A stretch of 63,363 nucleotides of DNA, filler included, from Streblomastix strix (Eukaryota), in assembly GCA_008636045.1 (NCBI GenBank). It is 2 parts of 2 records of this genome, joined end to end, with 100 filler letters (N's around TTAATTAATTAA, not from the genome) between each part and the next. Parts side by side here need not be neighbours in the genome. Positions count along the whole stretch, not along the records: positions 1 to 31,676 come from SNRW01000079.1; 1 more part is not named here. The stretch is one strand, 5' to 3'. Below, in pieces: positions 13,669 through 26,891 of the stretch. Below the pieces are notes generated by a model. That model was not told where the DNA came from, did no database searches, and saw nothing but the letters and a program-made list of their open reading frames with translations. Position numbers and translations under genes: made by a program. Position 1 is the first letter of the stretch; each line of letters starts with the position of its first letter.

Positions 13669-16143
13669 TCATTTAAATTCTTCATAAATCCTATGAAATT
13701 TCTCATCAATTCCTTTTAAATAAAAAGTTCCCTTTAAAAAGAATCCTTTTTCTACTTCAGTCAAAGATGTTAATTAATGAATAGGAAATAAAGAAGGGAA
13801 ATTGGAAAGAGAAGAACATTAAGAAATTTATTCTTTATCTCCGTTCAATTAAATTTCCTTTTCAATTCCTTTTCCTTCTTATAATCCTTGCTTTGTTTGA
13901 TATAAATTAATAAAATATTCTCTTTCTTTTATTACCTGAATTAAGAATAGCATAAAATTAATCAGAATAAATATATATTAAATTAAATTAATTATTTATA
14001 TTATAATTATCTTATTTCATACTCTTTCATATTCCTCAATATTTTATTCTATTTTCCCATTAATAATATAATTCAGATTTTGATCAAGAGATTGTAGAAT
14101 ATTATTAAGTGTGAAATGTGTTGATGAAGATGAAGGTTAATATGCAACTCTAATTATCCATAGTGCTGAGAGGAAAAATTCATGAAAAATATCAAAATAA
14201 ATGTGGTAATAAAATCAAATAAGAAATTAGAATTAAAAATACCAGATACAAAACCAGATCCATATGAGAAACAAAGAATCCTTTTTCTATTCATCTTCTA
14301 AGCTATTTCTTCATAAACTTTATATTCTCTCTCTTATTCATGTTCAATCTTTTCTTTTTACCCTTATTGTTATTCCTTCTAATTAATGACTATAAATGAA
14401 TGAAGCAATGAACAAAGCGCAATGAATATGGATGATGTATAACTATTCCCTATGATTCTGGGGAGATTTGTAGATGGACCTTCATAATTATATATTAAAG
14501 AGAAATATGGAATAAAGCATTTATTAATTAATATGGCGAATGAATAAGTAGTAATTACAGTTCATTCAACATACCAACGTACTTATCAAATAAAAGATTT
14601 GAATCATTTAATAAATCTTTTTGTAACTGTAAGAAATGCTATTTCTTATCTTTATTCTCTTTCTACTCTAGATCTTCATTCTCATCCAAAAGTTCATCAT
14701 ATTTAACAAACTAATGTATTATTAAATAAATATATGATATGATAAATAATAATGAGAAATTTCAAACATCAGGAAAAGGAATTTTAATTTCATATTTTTC
14801 TTTTCTTGTTGTATTCAATTCTTTCACATATTTCCTGAATAATATTTTAATATGTATAATAAAAAATATTATAAATTGATAACATCTAATAATATAAAAA
14901 TTAAAAACCTTTCTTATAATAATATTCTTGTAAAAGCTTTTCTAATCATTCTAACAAAAGGAGTATGAAATATTAAATAATCAAAGTTATTATGAAGAAG
15001 AAGATGAATAGTATTATTAATATTATCTTCTGCTTCCTCTTAAAATTTAATTGTTTCCTATTTATCTTTTTATTCATATATTTAATTTTCACTTTCATTC
15101 AATTCTTATAATAATTAATGTGCACAATTATCAACAGCTTTCAAATAACATTACTATGAATTTGATTCAACCTTTATTATCATAAAATTATAAAAAATTA
15201 AAAAAAAAATTATTATTCTTATAATTTTAATAATTAATAATCATTAATATATCATTAAATACTTTTGGATACTCTGAATTTAAAAACGGTTTGAAGAAAT
15301 CATACTAATTTTCGGAATAAGATACTCTATGATCTATAAAAATAAACAATATATATATTAATAAAGAATTATTAAATATGTAATAAAATAAATTAATTAA
15401 TACTTTCAACAACTAATGGAGCATTTTTAGTAATTAACATTGCAATCGCTCCACAACCACCTGTTGGTCTTGCAGCCTGAAACCACAATATAAAATAAAT
15501 ATGATAAGTAGATGTGACATGATAAAATAAGTAAATGAATAAATTGAAGTAAAGTTATGATTCTGTTTAAATATATACCTTCTCTTCATAAACTGCTATG
15601 TCAGTACAAACAACAATAGCATTCTTTTCATGAACATGCACATAGTCAACCGCATTAAATAAGGCTTATGTACCACCAAAGCATGCATTCACACAATCAA
15701 CACCTTCTGCATGACAACTTCCTCCAAAAAGAGAAAGGAGATGTGTTTTGATAGATTTTGAATGATCTATAATCTACAATTTGAGACAATATAATAAATA
15801 AGAGTATAACTAAAATGAAAACTATTTAATACGCTTTCTGTTCCAACTTCTATTCGTCCAATGTCTTTGGAATGTATATTATTCCTTTAAATTAATCTCT
15901 ATGTAACTGTCAATGCCATGGAAACTGCATCTTCACGCCATGCTATAAGATAAAGACGCATAATGAAATATACATTATATTCTAAATTAAAAGTTGCAAA
16001 TAATACAAACAAGTGAAGACCATCTCCTCTTACCCAAGACCATCAGTATATTTACCCTTGACTCCATCTGCAGATTCAAGTGCTTTTTGTGATACAAATC
16101 TAGTTGGCCAATAAAATTCAATAGCAGATATGCCTACTTCCAT
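13669..16143 (-). CDS. HMGCS: Hydroxymethylglutaryl-CoA synthase (multi-exon)
   Basis: MEVGISAIEFYWP..GKYTDGLGQ, IGRIEVGTE, IDHSKSIKT, EGVDCVNACFGGT (catalytic Cys), ARPTGGCGAIAML, FHTPF, GNSYTSS, FSYGSG, and C-terminal GTFYLKGIDEKFHRIY. Confidence 0.95.
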
Positions 16144-16491
16144 AAACTAAATTATATATAGAAATTTGATTAATATATTTCTATATATTGATTTATCTAT
16201 AAATGAGTATCAAGTAAAATACATTTTGAAGATATTCGACATTTACAACATCAATTTGTTCATTCAATTTATGTGGTATTTTTGATTATTTATAATTCAG
16301 ATTTTATTAAAATTAAATGATAATATAAGAAATATTCGATTTAATTATTACTCAAACCTGAAAATCTATAAAAGTAATTTTATTGAAAAATTTATTAATG
16401 CAATTTAAAACTTTGTTAGAGTATTAATATTTGAATTACTTATAAAAATTAATTACTATATATAATAATAAATTAATAGAAAAAGAATTAA

Positions 16492-17003
16492 ATGGGTTTT
16501 AATGTGTTATAAACAATGAGTTAAAACTTGTTTTTGGTGTGCTTGTTTAATGAATGTCTTGAATGTTATACGCATGGCTATTATATAATAATAGGCATAA
16601 ACATAATCACAAAACAAAAAATAATACTAATATAATAGTAATTTTACAAGGTGAGTTGGAATTTCAATATGAAGTATAACTCGACACATATGAATATTAT
16701 AGAGTTTATTTTATAATTCCTTTTATAATATAATATGACTAATATTTTAAAATATATTTATTTGATTTTAAGCTTAAAAATCTTATGTTGAAAATTTAAT
16801 AGATAATTTAGGATGACTTCAGACAATATACTTCCCTCTACTATAGAAATAGATAGTAGAGCAAATTATCCTTTAGATGCACCACTATAGCCATTTGTTG
16901 GGAGTGATCAAAGCAATGGCTTAAATTAATTTTAGTTTGGAGATGCCTTACAATAACAGTTAGCATTTAACATATTTCAAAACAGTAACTTCGGCTACAA
17001 CTG
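16492..17003 (+). CDS. Possible small 2-exon hypothetical protein
   Basis: ATG-initiated frame to AAG|GTGAGT donor (~16650), acceptor tttag at ~16811, open frame to TGA at ~17001. No recognisable motif. Confidence 0.3.
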
Positions 17004-17205
17004 ATCGTTTATATAAATATATTTTATACAACGACACTCCAAAAAAGAAAGCCTTTACAGTTAAATGATTCTTTAATCCTTGAATTAATTTCATCTTATT
17101 TTCAGCATGTTATTTGGTTTATTTTATGGTCAGGCTCATGTAGAAACTTGAAATGCATGTTGAAGGTGAAATAAGTTCAACTCAATATAGCTCATATCAG
17201 GCGAT

Positions 17206-17648
17206 TCAGTTTGTCTTGCGCCGGAATCTAACTCCTGGCGTTAGCTTCGCTTTTCCACCTGTCGGTGTGCATACAACATTTCCACAATTTCCACATATGA
17301 CCTACGATGAGGCATGGCTAAATACAGTCATTCTTCAAACGAAAAAAACAAAATAAAAAATTATATAAAAAATGAAAGATTGTATTGCATTGATATAATA
17401 TACAGTAAAAATAAATTATGATATCATACATTTTTTAGCAGCCTTAACATTTAATGTCTAGGAAATAGCTATTAGGAGATTGCACAAGGCGTTTGAGCTT
17501 GTGCTTTCTTAGTTCTGCTCGTTTGTCCGGATGTAGCAGGTCTTCCTTGAACTGAAACTGTAGTTGGGAATAAAATAACAAGTGAATATAGAAAAAGAGT
17601 GAGCTAATATATAAAAAGTAAAGGACAAAAGCGAGCCTTTTTCACCAT
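17206..17648 (-). CDS. RPS27: 40S ribosomal protein S27 (eS27), 3 exons
   Basis: [80 protein letters not shown]. Intron 17429-17333; putative ATG-only first exon 17648-17646. Confidence 0.95.
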
Positions 17649-17771
17649 CGCGCCTGTGGTTCGCTCTATGCTCTTTAACCCAATGATGCACACTAATTAT
17701 ATCCTACTATCTATTGTGCATGTTCAAAACGTCTAAACCTTCAAAATCGGATTTAAATTCTGATCAGACCC

Positions 17772-20502
17772 ATGCTTTCCGATGCATTAAACTGGCCACG
17801 GCTCCACAGGTGCTATGCGAGTGGCATCTACTGTGGTAAAGGTACATGCACTTGCACTACACTATTTAAATATCTTTTGTTATTTATATACTTTTATTAC
17901 TTCATATTCAACCATTTATTAATATTTAACATTCCTTCGCCGTTCAATCAAATATTTTTTTCATTTTATAATTTTTTATTATAGCTTACACCAGCTTCTG
18001 TTGATGATTATATTCAAATCATTGCATCTAAACATGATGCAGAAATAATTGCCGCACTTTAAAAATTGCTCATTGAATGTTCATCATGTGTGTCCCGAAT
18101 TAGAATAAAAAGCAATTTTTTTAAAATATGCTATTTATATAATCAGCAAGTTCTTGGGATATCATACCATCGAATATAGGTCGATTATTCCCTCGTTTGA
18201 CAGATTTATTTATTGTTGGTAATTCAGAAATGAAGGTTAAATGTATTTTTTCACCTGTTTATTTTTTATTTCTATTCTATTTTGGTTTTTTCAGCGTATT
18301 TGCGTTCGCATAATTGAATAAGTAGGAAAGTTAACTACTTGAGATAGCGAAATTTCCTCGGGGCGTGAAATTGTGCGAAGTTTAGGGATACTATCATAGG
18401 TTAGAATATTTTAATTTTAATTTTATACTAAATTATGTCCATTTAAACTTATTTTTTTATTGAACAGACACCAGAAAAGGACATAAGCGAAGATGCAACA
18501 ACTTCATTATGTGAACTTGTTGAAAAAAGTGTTCAAACTTCGAGCGATTTAGAGATTATACCTATAGTTTTAAACCTTGCAGAGGAATAACTTCAATAAT
18601 CTCCTTCATATGACTCAAATCTTTTCTAGAAGAAAGTTCTATGCAGCATTCGTGTGTTAACTAGTGCAGTAACAGTGGGAGTAGGTAAATATATATCTGC
18701 ATCGCAGTATTAATTAATCGAAAAACTTGTTGATGATAAAGATGATAATATTTCGATTGCAGCAAACAACTTCCTTCATATGTGGAAACGCAAGAAATTG
18801 GATGTTCCAAAAACAATTGATAAGAGCGAGGTGAATAAAGAGGATTAAAGTGAATTGACAAGATAATTGCGACGGAAGGATTAAGAGATAAAACGCATTA
18901 ATGATGAAAATAAAAAGCTTTAGGAAGAACTTTAAAGAGTATAAGAAGAAAAGAAAAAAGCAGAAGAAGAAAAAAAATTGGCTGAAATTCGGGCAAGACG
19001 TGAAGGAAGACGTGCATAGAATTTAGAAAAAAAAGCAAGTTAATTAGAAGAAAAATAGAAAATGATTGATGAGCTTCAAATTTTATCTCCTTCATAAGCA
19101 AAACAATCAATTAATTCTCCAGCATCAAAATAACATTCTTTTCAAGATTTTCCAGTTAACTCCAGTCCAATAACGTCACCAACATCATACAATTTTCCAT
19201 CACGTTCTCCAACATTTTCTTCTCAATCTTCTCCATATTCATCTACCCTATCAAAACGATCTGATGGTTCAAAATCTCTATCTTAACTTTCTCCTTAAAA
19301 TTCTTACAAATTTGATTTGTTTGAAAATAATTCATTGAATAATTAACAATAGGAACCCAAAGTCGCTTCACATTAAATAGCAATTGTCTCCAAATAATAA
19401 GCATAAAATACACCTCTTACCAAATCAAAAACTCAATATAATACATAGTTTAAATAATAACTTTCGATTTAAGTAAAAAATATTTATGGATTAGAAATTG
19501 GAGGTTAATTCTTTATTTTATTAACTATTAATGAACTCCCCAAACCATTTCATATTTCAATATACTTCTTTATATATATTACTTTTGGCTTAATTATTTA
19601 CAGATATACACTTCTAGTTAGAAAATACATATCCAACAAAAGGACAAGTAGAACTATTTGAAGAAATAATGCGAAAAGTTACCGCTCTTATAGTTTGTTA
19701 TAAAATTAATAGATATTTTTTTATTTGCTTATTATTTAATTTCAGCGAGGCTATATTTCAGTTCCAATTGATTTTACAGTTAGTGATGGAATCATTCAAT
19801 GTGATTTCAGATTTTAAAACAGTTCGAAGGAAGATGGACGATCAGTTGGAATAGTGAAATCATCATATATTATACCTTATCCTTGTGATACATCATATCC
19901 ACCTCGTATGAAATGATACTATTTTTTATTTATTTCATTATATTTGGAGACAATTTAATTTATTATTGATGTTAACGTTATTTTATTTTTTATTTTTTTT
20001 CTTGAAGAATGCAATCACATGTTGGAATACTATGGAAAGTTTGAATTTGTTTATATTTTTTTTTAATTATTTATAATTATTAATTACAATTATCATTCCA
20101 AACAAACAGTGAAGGTATAATTAATCATAAGATGAATAGCACAGAAGGAAATAAGGAATTCTAAGATGATAATCACATCATTAGAATGGAACTCAATTAT
20201 AATAAGGGAACACTCCACTTCTTCCTCGACCAAATATAATAACCAGTTTTTGTACGTGGGATAAAAGAACCCGTAAAGTTCTTTGTATGGAAAAATTTTA
20301 AAAAACTAAATTGATGTTTTCTTAAATTAATTTAATGATGGACTTTATATTCTCATTTTTATTTTATATACCTTTTTTTGTAACATATTTATAATAGGGC
20401 TGTCTTTTCTATCCCAATACATCGTTCATTGTTGAATCATTAAGAAGATTGGGAGCTCCTCGTGCAGTATCGATGGAGAATGAGATTCCTGTGGAATGGT
20501 GA
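17772..20502 (+). CDS. Multi-exon protein with helical N-terminus, coiled-coil/Ser-rich middle and C-terminal SPRY-like domain; apparent in-frame TGA at 18340
   Basis: Several GT-AG introns. C-terminus reads 'GIIQCDFRF..RSVGIVKSSY', 'GNKEFQDDNHIIRMELNYNKGTLHFFLDQIQQPVFVRGIKEPVKFF' and 'EIPVEW*'. Confidence 0.7.
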
Positions 20503-21254
20503 TGATATAAAGCAACAAAATAGATAAATATAGAAATATAATAAGACAACAATAAGGAAATCATTCATTTAACATTTCATATAGCAACTTTTAATATCAC
20601 AATCTAGTTTATTATTACTTATATAATTATAGTATTTAATCGCATGCATATTATTATCATTAATTTTACACCTATAAATCCACTTTCACCATTTATTAAA
20701 ATTTAATAATAAATATAAAGATATTAAGATATAATAAACTTTTAAGATATAAATTTTGTAATAAATGATGGAAAATCAACTGAATTTTAATAAAGTAAAA
20801 ATTAGGTTTTTAATGAAATAAAAAGGTATTAATGTGTAATAAATGTTTTCAATCACGTACTGTAATTATCATTGCTTGGAGTATATGACATTTCATGGTG
20901 TTATTTAAAATAGAAAATTGGTAAAATCAATACTAAATTATATAAATTTTTTTAATCATTTATTTTTATTATTTTAATTAATTATTATTTGGTTAATTAA
21001 CTTAATTCATTTTCATTAATCTTTTTTCTCTTTAAATTCTCCTTTATTATTTTTTTGACTTTATTTTAAATTTCCTAATAAATAATATAGAAATAAGAAA
21101 TAAACTATGAATTTCTAAATAAAATGTATAAAAATAATAAAAAAAGAAGTAAATAGAGTAATTTCAGTCCCTTAGATGAATTGTCATCATAAATAATTAA
21201 GTACAGGTCTGCTAAAGTTTTCATCATTTACTCCAATACATAAATATATTTTTT

Positions 21255-21668
21255 TCATAAAATTGTCATGCCTTTGTTATTTCCTGGTATTGTTACTGGA
21301 TCTGTCACAATTAATAACCGTGGCTCAACATATCGCTTTTGGATCTGGTTCGTGAATGTTCCGGGTGTGAATTTCGTGGACATCGCAGTAGCCCCGGTGT
21401 ATTTCGCGTATTTAAGGATCGCACGCTGCCCATAAACACGCCCCGATACTACACACACGTCTGCTGGATTCTCAATCCCTGCGATAATCCGTGCTGCAAA
21501 TTTGATTTTCTCAAGCGTCATTCTCAGGTTGATGATGTACTCATCGGTCTTTTATCGTGTGGCTATGTACGGCGTCATACGTGGATTGGCATTCTTGTTT
21601 CCAATGTGCACTCGGCAAGACAGCAGCATCCGAACGTCCGTTTGTTCCGAATTTACTTCGCGGCTCAT
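21255..21668 (-). pseudogene. RPSA: 40S ribosomal protein SA (uS2), N-terminal ~126 aa only
   Basis: [90 protein letters not shown]. Homology stops at ~21291 and no C-terminal half was found downstream. Confidence 0.85.
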
Positions 21669-22278
21669 CTCTCGCGTGCAATAAGGGACGAAAAAGACTA
21701 AGCATAGGTTAAATAATAAAGATTATATTCATAAGTATGTATTTCGAATAAGAAATATTAGTGACAAATGGCAGATGAGCAAAACGTAAAATACGAAATT
21801 GTACAGCCATCAGCATCCACGCGGTTACAAAATATAAATATGGATATATATAAATAGTACAAGAGATATGAAGATGAAACAAGATCAAATGCAAGTGTTT
21901 ACAAATCGAGCGATCTGACCCCGCGACTAAGAAATTTTCAAAAAATTATTTTGACACTGATTGTACTAATGCTTTGCATACTGGTTTAAATAATGATTTT
22001 AATTTATGTTATTATCATTTAATAATTATTTTAATGTTTTTCTACTATTTGTGATTCAGTTTCTTCATCGATTAATTACGCATATCCGAAAATTGCATTA
22101 AATTTTGATATTGAAATAGATTATGCGCTTTAAATAATTTATAATGATGTTTGGGCTATTTAATCTGATGTGCAACAGCAACTTTTCTCTTAATTTTTTT
22201 GGAATTTCCCCTCGTAATTAATAAATGAATATTTACTCGTCTTAAAAATCAGATGAATAAATAAATTATTCAAATGTT

Positions 22279-23076
22279 AGTAGTTATGAGAATATGGAGA
22301 GTGCCCCGCATTGAAAAAAATAAAATATAATAATAAAAATAAAATAATGAATATAAATAATAATAATAAATAATGAAAATAAATAATATTAAATAAATAA
22401 TGTAAAAGAAAATAAACACTTGAATATGATTAATGAATGTATGATATTGAATATAATTATTGGTATTGATTAATGAAGTTGATTAAAATATTGATTAATG
22501 ATGTATGATTTTTGAACGCATGGCACTCTCCATATTCTCATAACTACATTGTGAAGTTGATGGAGTTGGTTATTGGATTTGGTTGATTGATTTGGTTTTT
22601 TGATTTGAACATTTGAATTTTATTATATTCGGAAATCTAAAATTATTGATGAATTCATTAGTAAATTGAACATAAAATATATTTGTTTTTATGCACTGAG
22701 TGCATCGAGTCCTAAAACATCAATAAAATATATGTTATTAGCACGTATAAATGGAATAGGATATAAATGACTTTTGACTGCACCAAATGCATCGAGTGCA
22801 TCGGGTCAGAAATTTTTATAAAAAGCTGTGGCCAACTGGACAACTGGCCAACTTATTGAAGATTTCAGCTGCAGGCGGAGGTCTTACCGACCTATAAAAT
22901 TGAACATAATATATATTTGTTTGACTGCACCGAGTCCTAAAACATCAATAAAATTTATGAAATTGGCACGCATAAATGGAATAGATTATGAATGACTTTT
23001 GACTGCACCAAATGCATCGAGTGCATCGGGTCAGAAACTTTTATAAAAAGCTGTGGCCAACTGGACAACTGGCCAA
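22279..23076 (+). mobile_element. Polinton-like left terminal repeat: AGTAGT terminus, 26 bp inverted repeat (22280-22305 / 22522-22547), tandemly duplicated subterminal unit ending in the conserved box
   Basis: gtagttatgagaatatggagagtgcc and its exact reverse complement. Two ~220 bp direct copies end in aaaagctgtggccaactggacaactggccaa (22821-22851, 23046-23076). Confidence 0.7.
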
Positions 23077-23099
23077 TAATTAAGAAAAAAATAAATATA

Positions 23100-23900
23100 A
23101 TGGATCCAATTTCATTTCTTAATGGCTAAATTAATTATTCACTGAAACAAAATAAATCAAATATGATAATAATTATAAAGATTCAAATTTATTTTATTCA
23201 ATAGAAGTATCTGTAATAAGATTAAATTCTACTAAATTTTATATATCATTATTGCTTCAATATATCTAATCTAAACAGCGAAAAATTTCTTCTCATTTTT
23301 ATTTAGCAAAATTAATAAAACAATTAATTGTTTCACTTAATATTTTAATTGAAAAATTTTGCATCTTAGGTACATTGAAATATGTAATCCAAACTGATTT
23401 AAACTCGTATATAAAAAAATTTCTTGACATAATAAATTTTTAAAAAGTCCATTTCCTTATGAACTCATAGCCACAGATGACTATTAATTGGAATTACATA
23501 AAATTTTTTCAAATTTATGATTTCCATATAAATTTTAAGAATTTTGAAATTACTGATGACGAATAGTAACTATATCTACCAAATTTCTAAACAATAAAAC
23601 AAAAATTAACGATTTTAATCGATGATATTACTAGAGTTATTTTAAAATATTTGATTACATAATAGTGATTAAAATACCTGTTAATCAAATTTAAATGAAT
23701 ATCAACTATAAAATAAATAGATTTTCACTAATTTATATTTTAGTTTGTTCAAATATAAATAAATACTCCTTTTCTTCTGATAATCCTAATCAAATCATCA
23801 GTTAATCAATTATTAATTTATAAAAAAAATAATTCTGCGTATCATAAAACAATTTGCTAGCGAAAATTAATTGTCATAAATATTAAAATATTAATATTGA
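23100..23900 (+). pseudogene. Decayed hypothetical ORF just inside the terminal repeat
   Basis: ATG at 23100, ~24 bp after the box; coding-like composition with breaks; no motif recognised. Confidence 0.35.
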
Positions 23901-23934
23901 TTGAGATATATTTATCAACATTAATGAAAATTAT

Positions 23935-24390
23935 AGTAGTTATGAGAATATGACGAGTACCCCAAAACAAAGAAATCAAATAAATAAAGAAAATAAATTA
24001 TATTATTTAAATAATGATAATTATACAATGGAATTAAAAATCTGATATTAAATAATGTAAGACGGAGTACTCTAATGGTATAAATTAATGAATGTCACGG
24101 ATAATAGTGATTAATGTATTAGATTAGTGAAGTACGTAAATGAAGTTCATTATTGCGGTGTATTCTTTGTATGTATGGCACTCGTCATATTCTCATAACT
24201 ACATAGGAACGTTAATGGCTTAATTGATGAATTTGGTTATTTGAAATCTAAAATTGTAGGTAAAAACAATGAATAAATCATTGAATTTTAAACATAGTTT
24301 ATATTTGTTTATGATTAAGCTGCGTTGGATAAAGTGGACTGAGTTATAAAACTTCAATAAAAAGCTATGGCCAACTGGACAAATGGCCAG
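23935..24390 (+). mobile_element. Second Polinton-like left terminal repeat (module A)
   Basis: AGTAGT at 23935; inverted repeat 23936-23961 / 24177-24202 with 1 mismatch; box aaagctatggccaactggacaaatggccag at 24361-24390. Confidence 0.7.
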
Positions 24391-24789
24391 ATTAACGAAA
24401 AATAAATATTGTTCAAACGTTAATTGAATCATTTATGTCTTCATTAACATCTTAGTCTTTGTCATATTTTTTTTTAAGGAGTTCATTAATTATATGCAAA
24501 TTTTTAATATTTGCGATAATTTTTTTAAAAATTTTTAAGTATAAATAGTTGCATATAATTAACTTTAGAAACATGATTTGTTTGATTTTATTTGTATCTA
24601 ATTCTTGTATTTTTGCTTTTTTCTCTAGAAGCAATTGTTGCCTGTTTTTCATCGGTATATTTGTTTGGTCTTCCTTATTTTGATAAATTTAATGAATTCG
24701 TTTGTGCTGACTCAGTTTATGTTGTTTCATTGATAATTTCATTAAATGTCTGATTATCTATCGTTTTTAATTAAAATAGAAAAATGAAA

Positions 24790-25830
24790 AATAACTAATA
24801 ATTATAACTTTTGTTTCATCTAAATAAAATTTTATAGCGTAATATTCTGGAATAGATTCTTTATTTTCACTATCATATTTACAATAATATGAAGGTATTT
24901 TTATTATATATATTTTATAAGAATGATTCAATAATTTGCTTAAAACATTACCATTTATGTATCGAATAAATATCGCTAATTATTTGAAATTTTTCCTATA
25001 TTTCAAAAATTTTTATTATGTTTTCGAAATCGAGATGTATTAATATTATATTTCCAGCCTTAAATAATAATATGCCCTGTTATCGCTATCTTACTAATCA
25101 TCGCTTTAATTTCTTCATCTATGAAGGTATATATAATATCCTTCAAAATCACTTGAAAATTGAACTTAATATTGGCTATATTTATTTTTAAAACGCTAGA
25201 TGTGGTGTATTATTGTATATGCCAACGACTATTTACATTTTTTTATTCGTTGAAAATTAGTTAAATTTATAATCAAATGCATTCCTTATTGTACGAATTA
25301 CTGAATCGACAACTTGATTATTATTAGTGAATTTTTGAATCAGTGAAATAACTATTAATTTTATTCTATGAACAAAATAAAGCAAAATAAGAACCATTAA
25401 ATCCTTTCTCTCCATCACCACGAATATTATTTACGTAATAATCTTTAATTAATTTTTCAATAATCCAACTACTTATGCGGCTGATTTATCTATCAATGGA
25501 TATACCACCTAATATTTCATATTAATGTTTATGCAAAATAGATACATACCTATTTTTCTTTTTTGCTAAGCTGTTTGTTATCTTATTTCGTCATATTCAA
25601 AGATAACATCTTCAAATTCCTCATTATTTTCCTGCAAGTCTTAATCGACAGAAAAGACTATATTTATTTTCAAAATTCCTGATTTTTGAGAGAAATATGG
25701 TCGTTGTAGACTTTGTAGTGATTATAATTTATAATCTCTAACAAGTAGGTATTGGTTATTAGCATAGTTTTATTTATTGATTTTTCAAACAATTTTAATT
25801 TTGTTTTAAATGGAAAATTGGGCATATTTT
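24790..25830 (-). pseudogene. Retroviral-like (RVE) integrase, Polinton type, decayed
   Basis: 'RPYFSQKSGILKINIVFS', 'YLFCININMKYQVVYPLIDKSA', 'NNIRGDGEKGF', 'NQVVDSVIRTIRNAF' and 'IYNNTPH' occur in integrase order. Confidence 0.75.
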
Positions 25831-26257
25831 CCTCTTCATCAGCAGCGGATAATTAACCTGCTAATTATACATCTTTATCCGATTGTTTATTTTTTATTTA
25901 TTCTTTTATTTTGTTGATTCATATTACAATTAAACTGAATAATAATAATAGTACCAATCACTAAATGTTCGTTTTCCAATAATTATCACATCGGCTTTTT
26001 CTATAATAATTTCAATGTGTTTTTATTTGCAATTTTAAAGCTATTTTATAAATTCTCGTAGATAAATTTTGTACTAAATTTTAAATGCATAACATCGGTA
26101 TCTTTTTATGTTTCAAATTCAAACTCATCCCTTTAATATTTATCTCCGGCAAATGACCTAAATATGTCTACATACAAACTATTTCCGTTTTACATTTATT
26201 TTTAACAAAAATAAAACTAATTTATATTCAAATCGTTAAAGAAATCAATTATCAATC

Positions 26258-26400
26258 TGGCCATTTGTCCTGTTGGCCACAGCATTTTATAGAAATTTCT
26301 GAATCAATCCACCTAACCCACCCGGTCCAGTCAAAAGCTATTCATTAATTGTTCTTTTTTATCGTGTCAATTTCACAGATTTTGTTGATGTTTTCGTTGA
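26258..26400 (-). repeat. Inverted (right-hand) copy of the subterminal box closing module A
   Basis: ctggccatttgtcctgttggccacagcattttat. Shares the variant caaatggccagatt with the 24361 copy. Confidence 0.8.
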
Positions 26401-26594
26401 AATTTTTCTCGAATATATAATTATAAAAACTCAATTGCTATCCGTTAATATATGAAAATTTTGCTCAACATTAATTTTCAAAAACAACCATTTACATTAA
26501 TTTGATGTTAATCCAACTTTATCAATTATTATTATGATTATCTGAGCGATTGATAAGGTGGTAAATTTTATGATAATAGCTCTGGTAGTTCTTG

Positions 26595-26860
26595 AGTAGT
26601 AGGCACAATCGGAGGCGTGCGTCGTCTTTATGAGTCTTACCCCTATTTATCTGTCATTTGTTAAAAATAAAAATAAATAATAATTACATTAATAAATTGG
26701 ATTTTTGGGTGTTTCGAGTCATAAAACATCGATGAATTTTATGAAATTTGCACGAGAAAATAGAATAGGTTATGAATGACTTTTAGGTGTTCCGAGTGTT
26801 CCAAGTGCTCCGAGTCAAAAACTTTTATAAAAAGCTGTGGCCAACTGGACAACTGGCCAA
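26595..26860 (+). repeat. Left terminal repeat of module B
   Basis: AGTAGT at 26595 (no hairpin seen); subterminal unit 26700-26860 ending in aaaagctgtggccaactggacaactggccaa. Confidence 0.7.
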
Positions 26861-26891
26861 TAAATGATAATAAATAAATAAATCTCCTAAA

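Noticed and set aside
17153..17356. Plus-strand 67 aa ORF in the track
   Set aside because: Antisense shadow of the last RPS27 exon.
17680..17765. Possible C/D box snoRNA (aatgatgc...ctga)
   Set aside because: Imperfect C box, no terminal stem or recognisable guide.
21339..21701. Plus-strand GC-rich ORFs suggesting foreign DNA
   Set aside because: Antisense shadows of RPSA; high GC matches ribosomal protein codon usage, as in RPS27.
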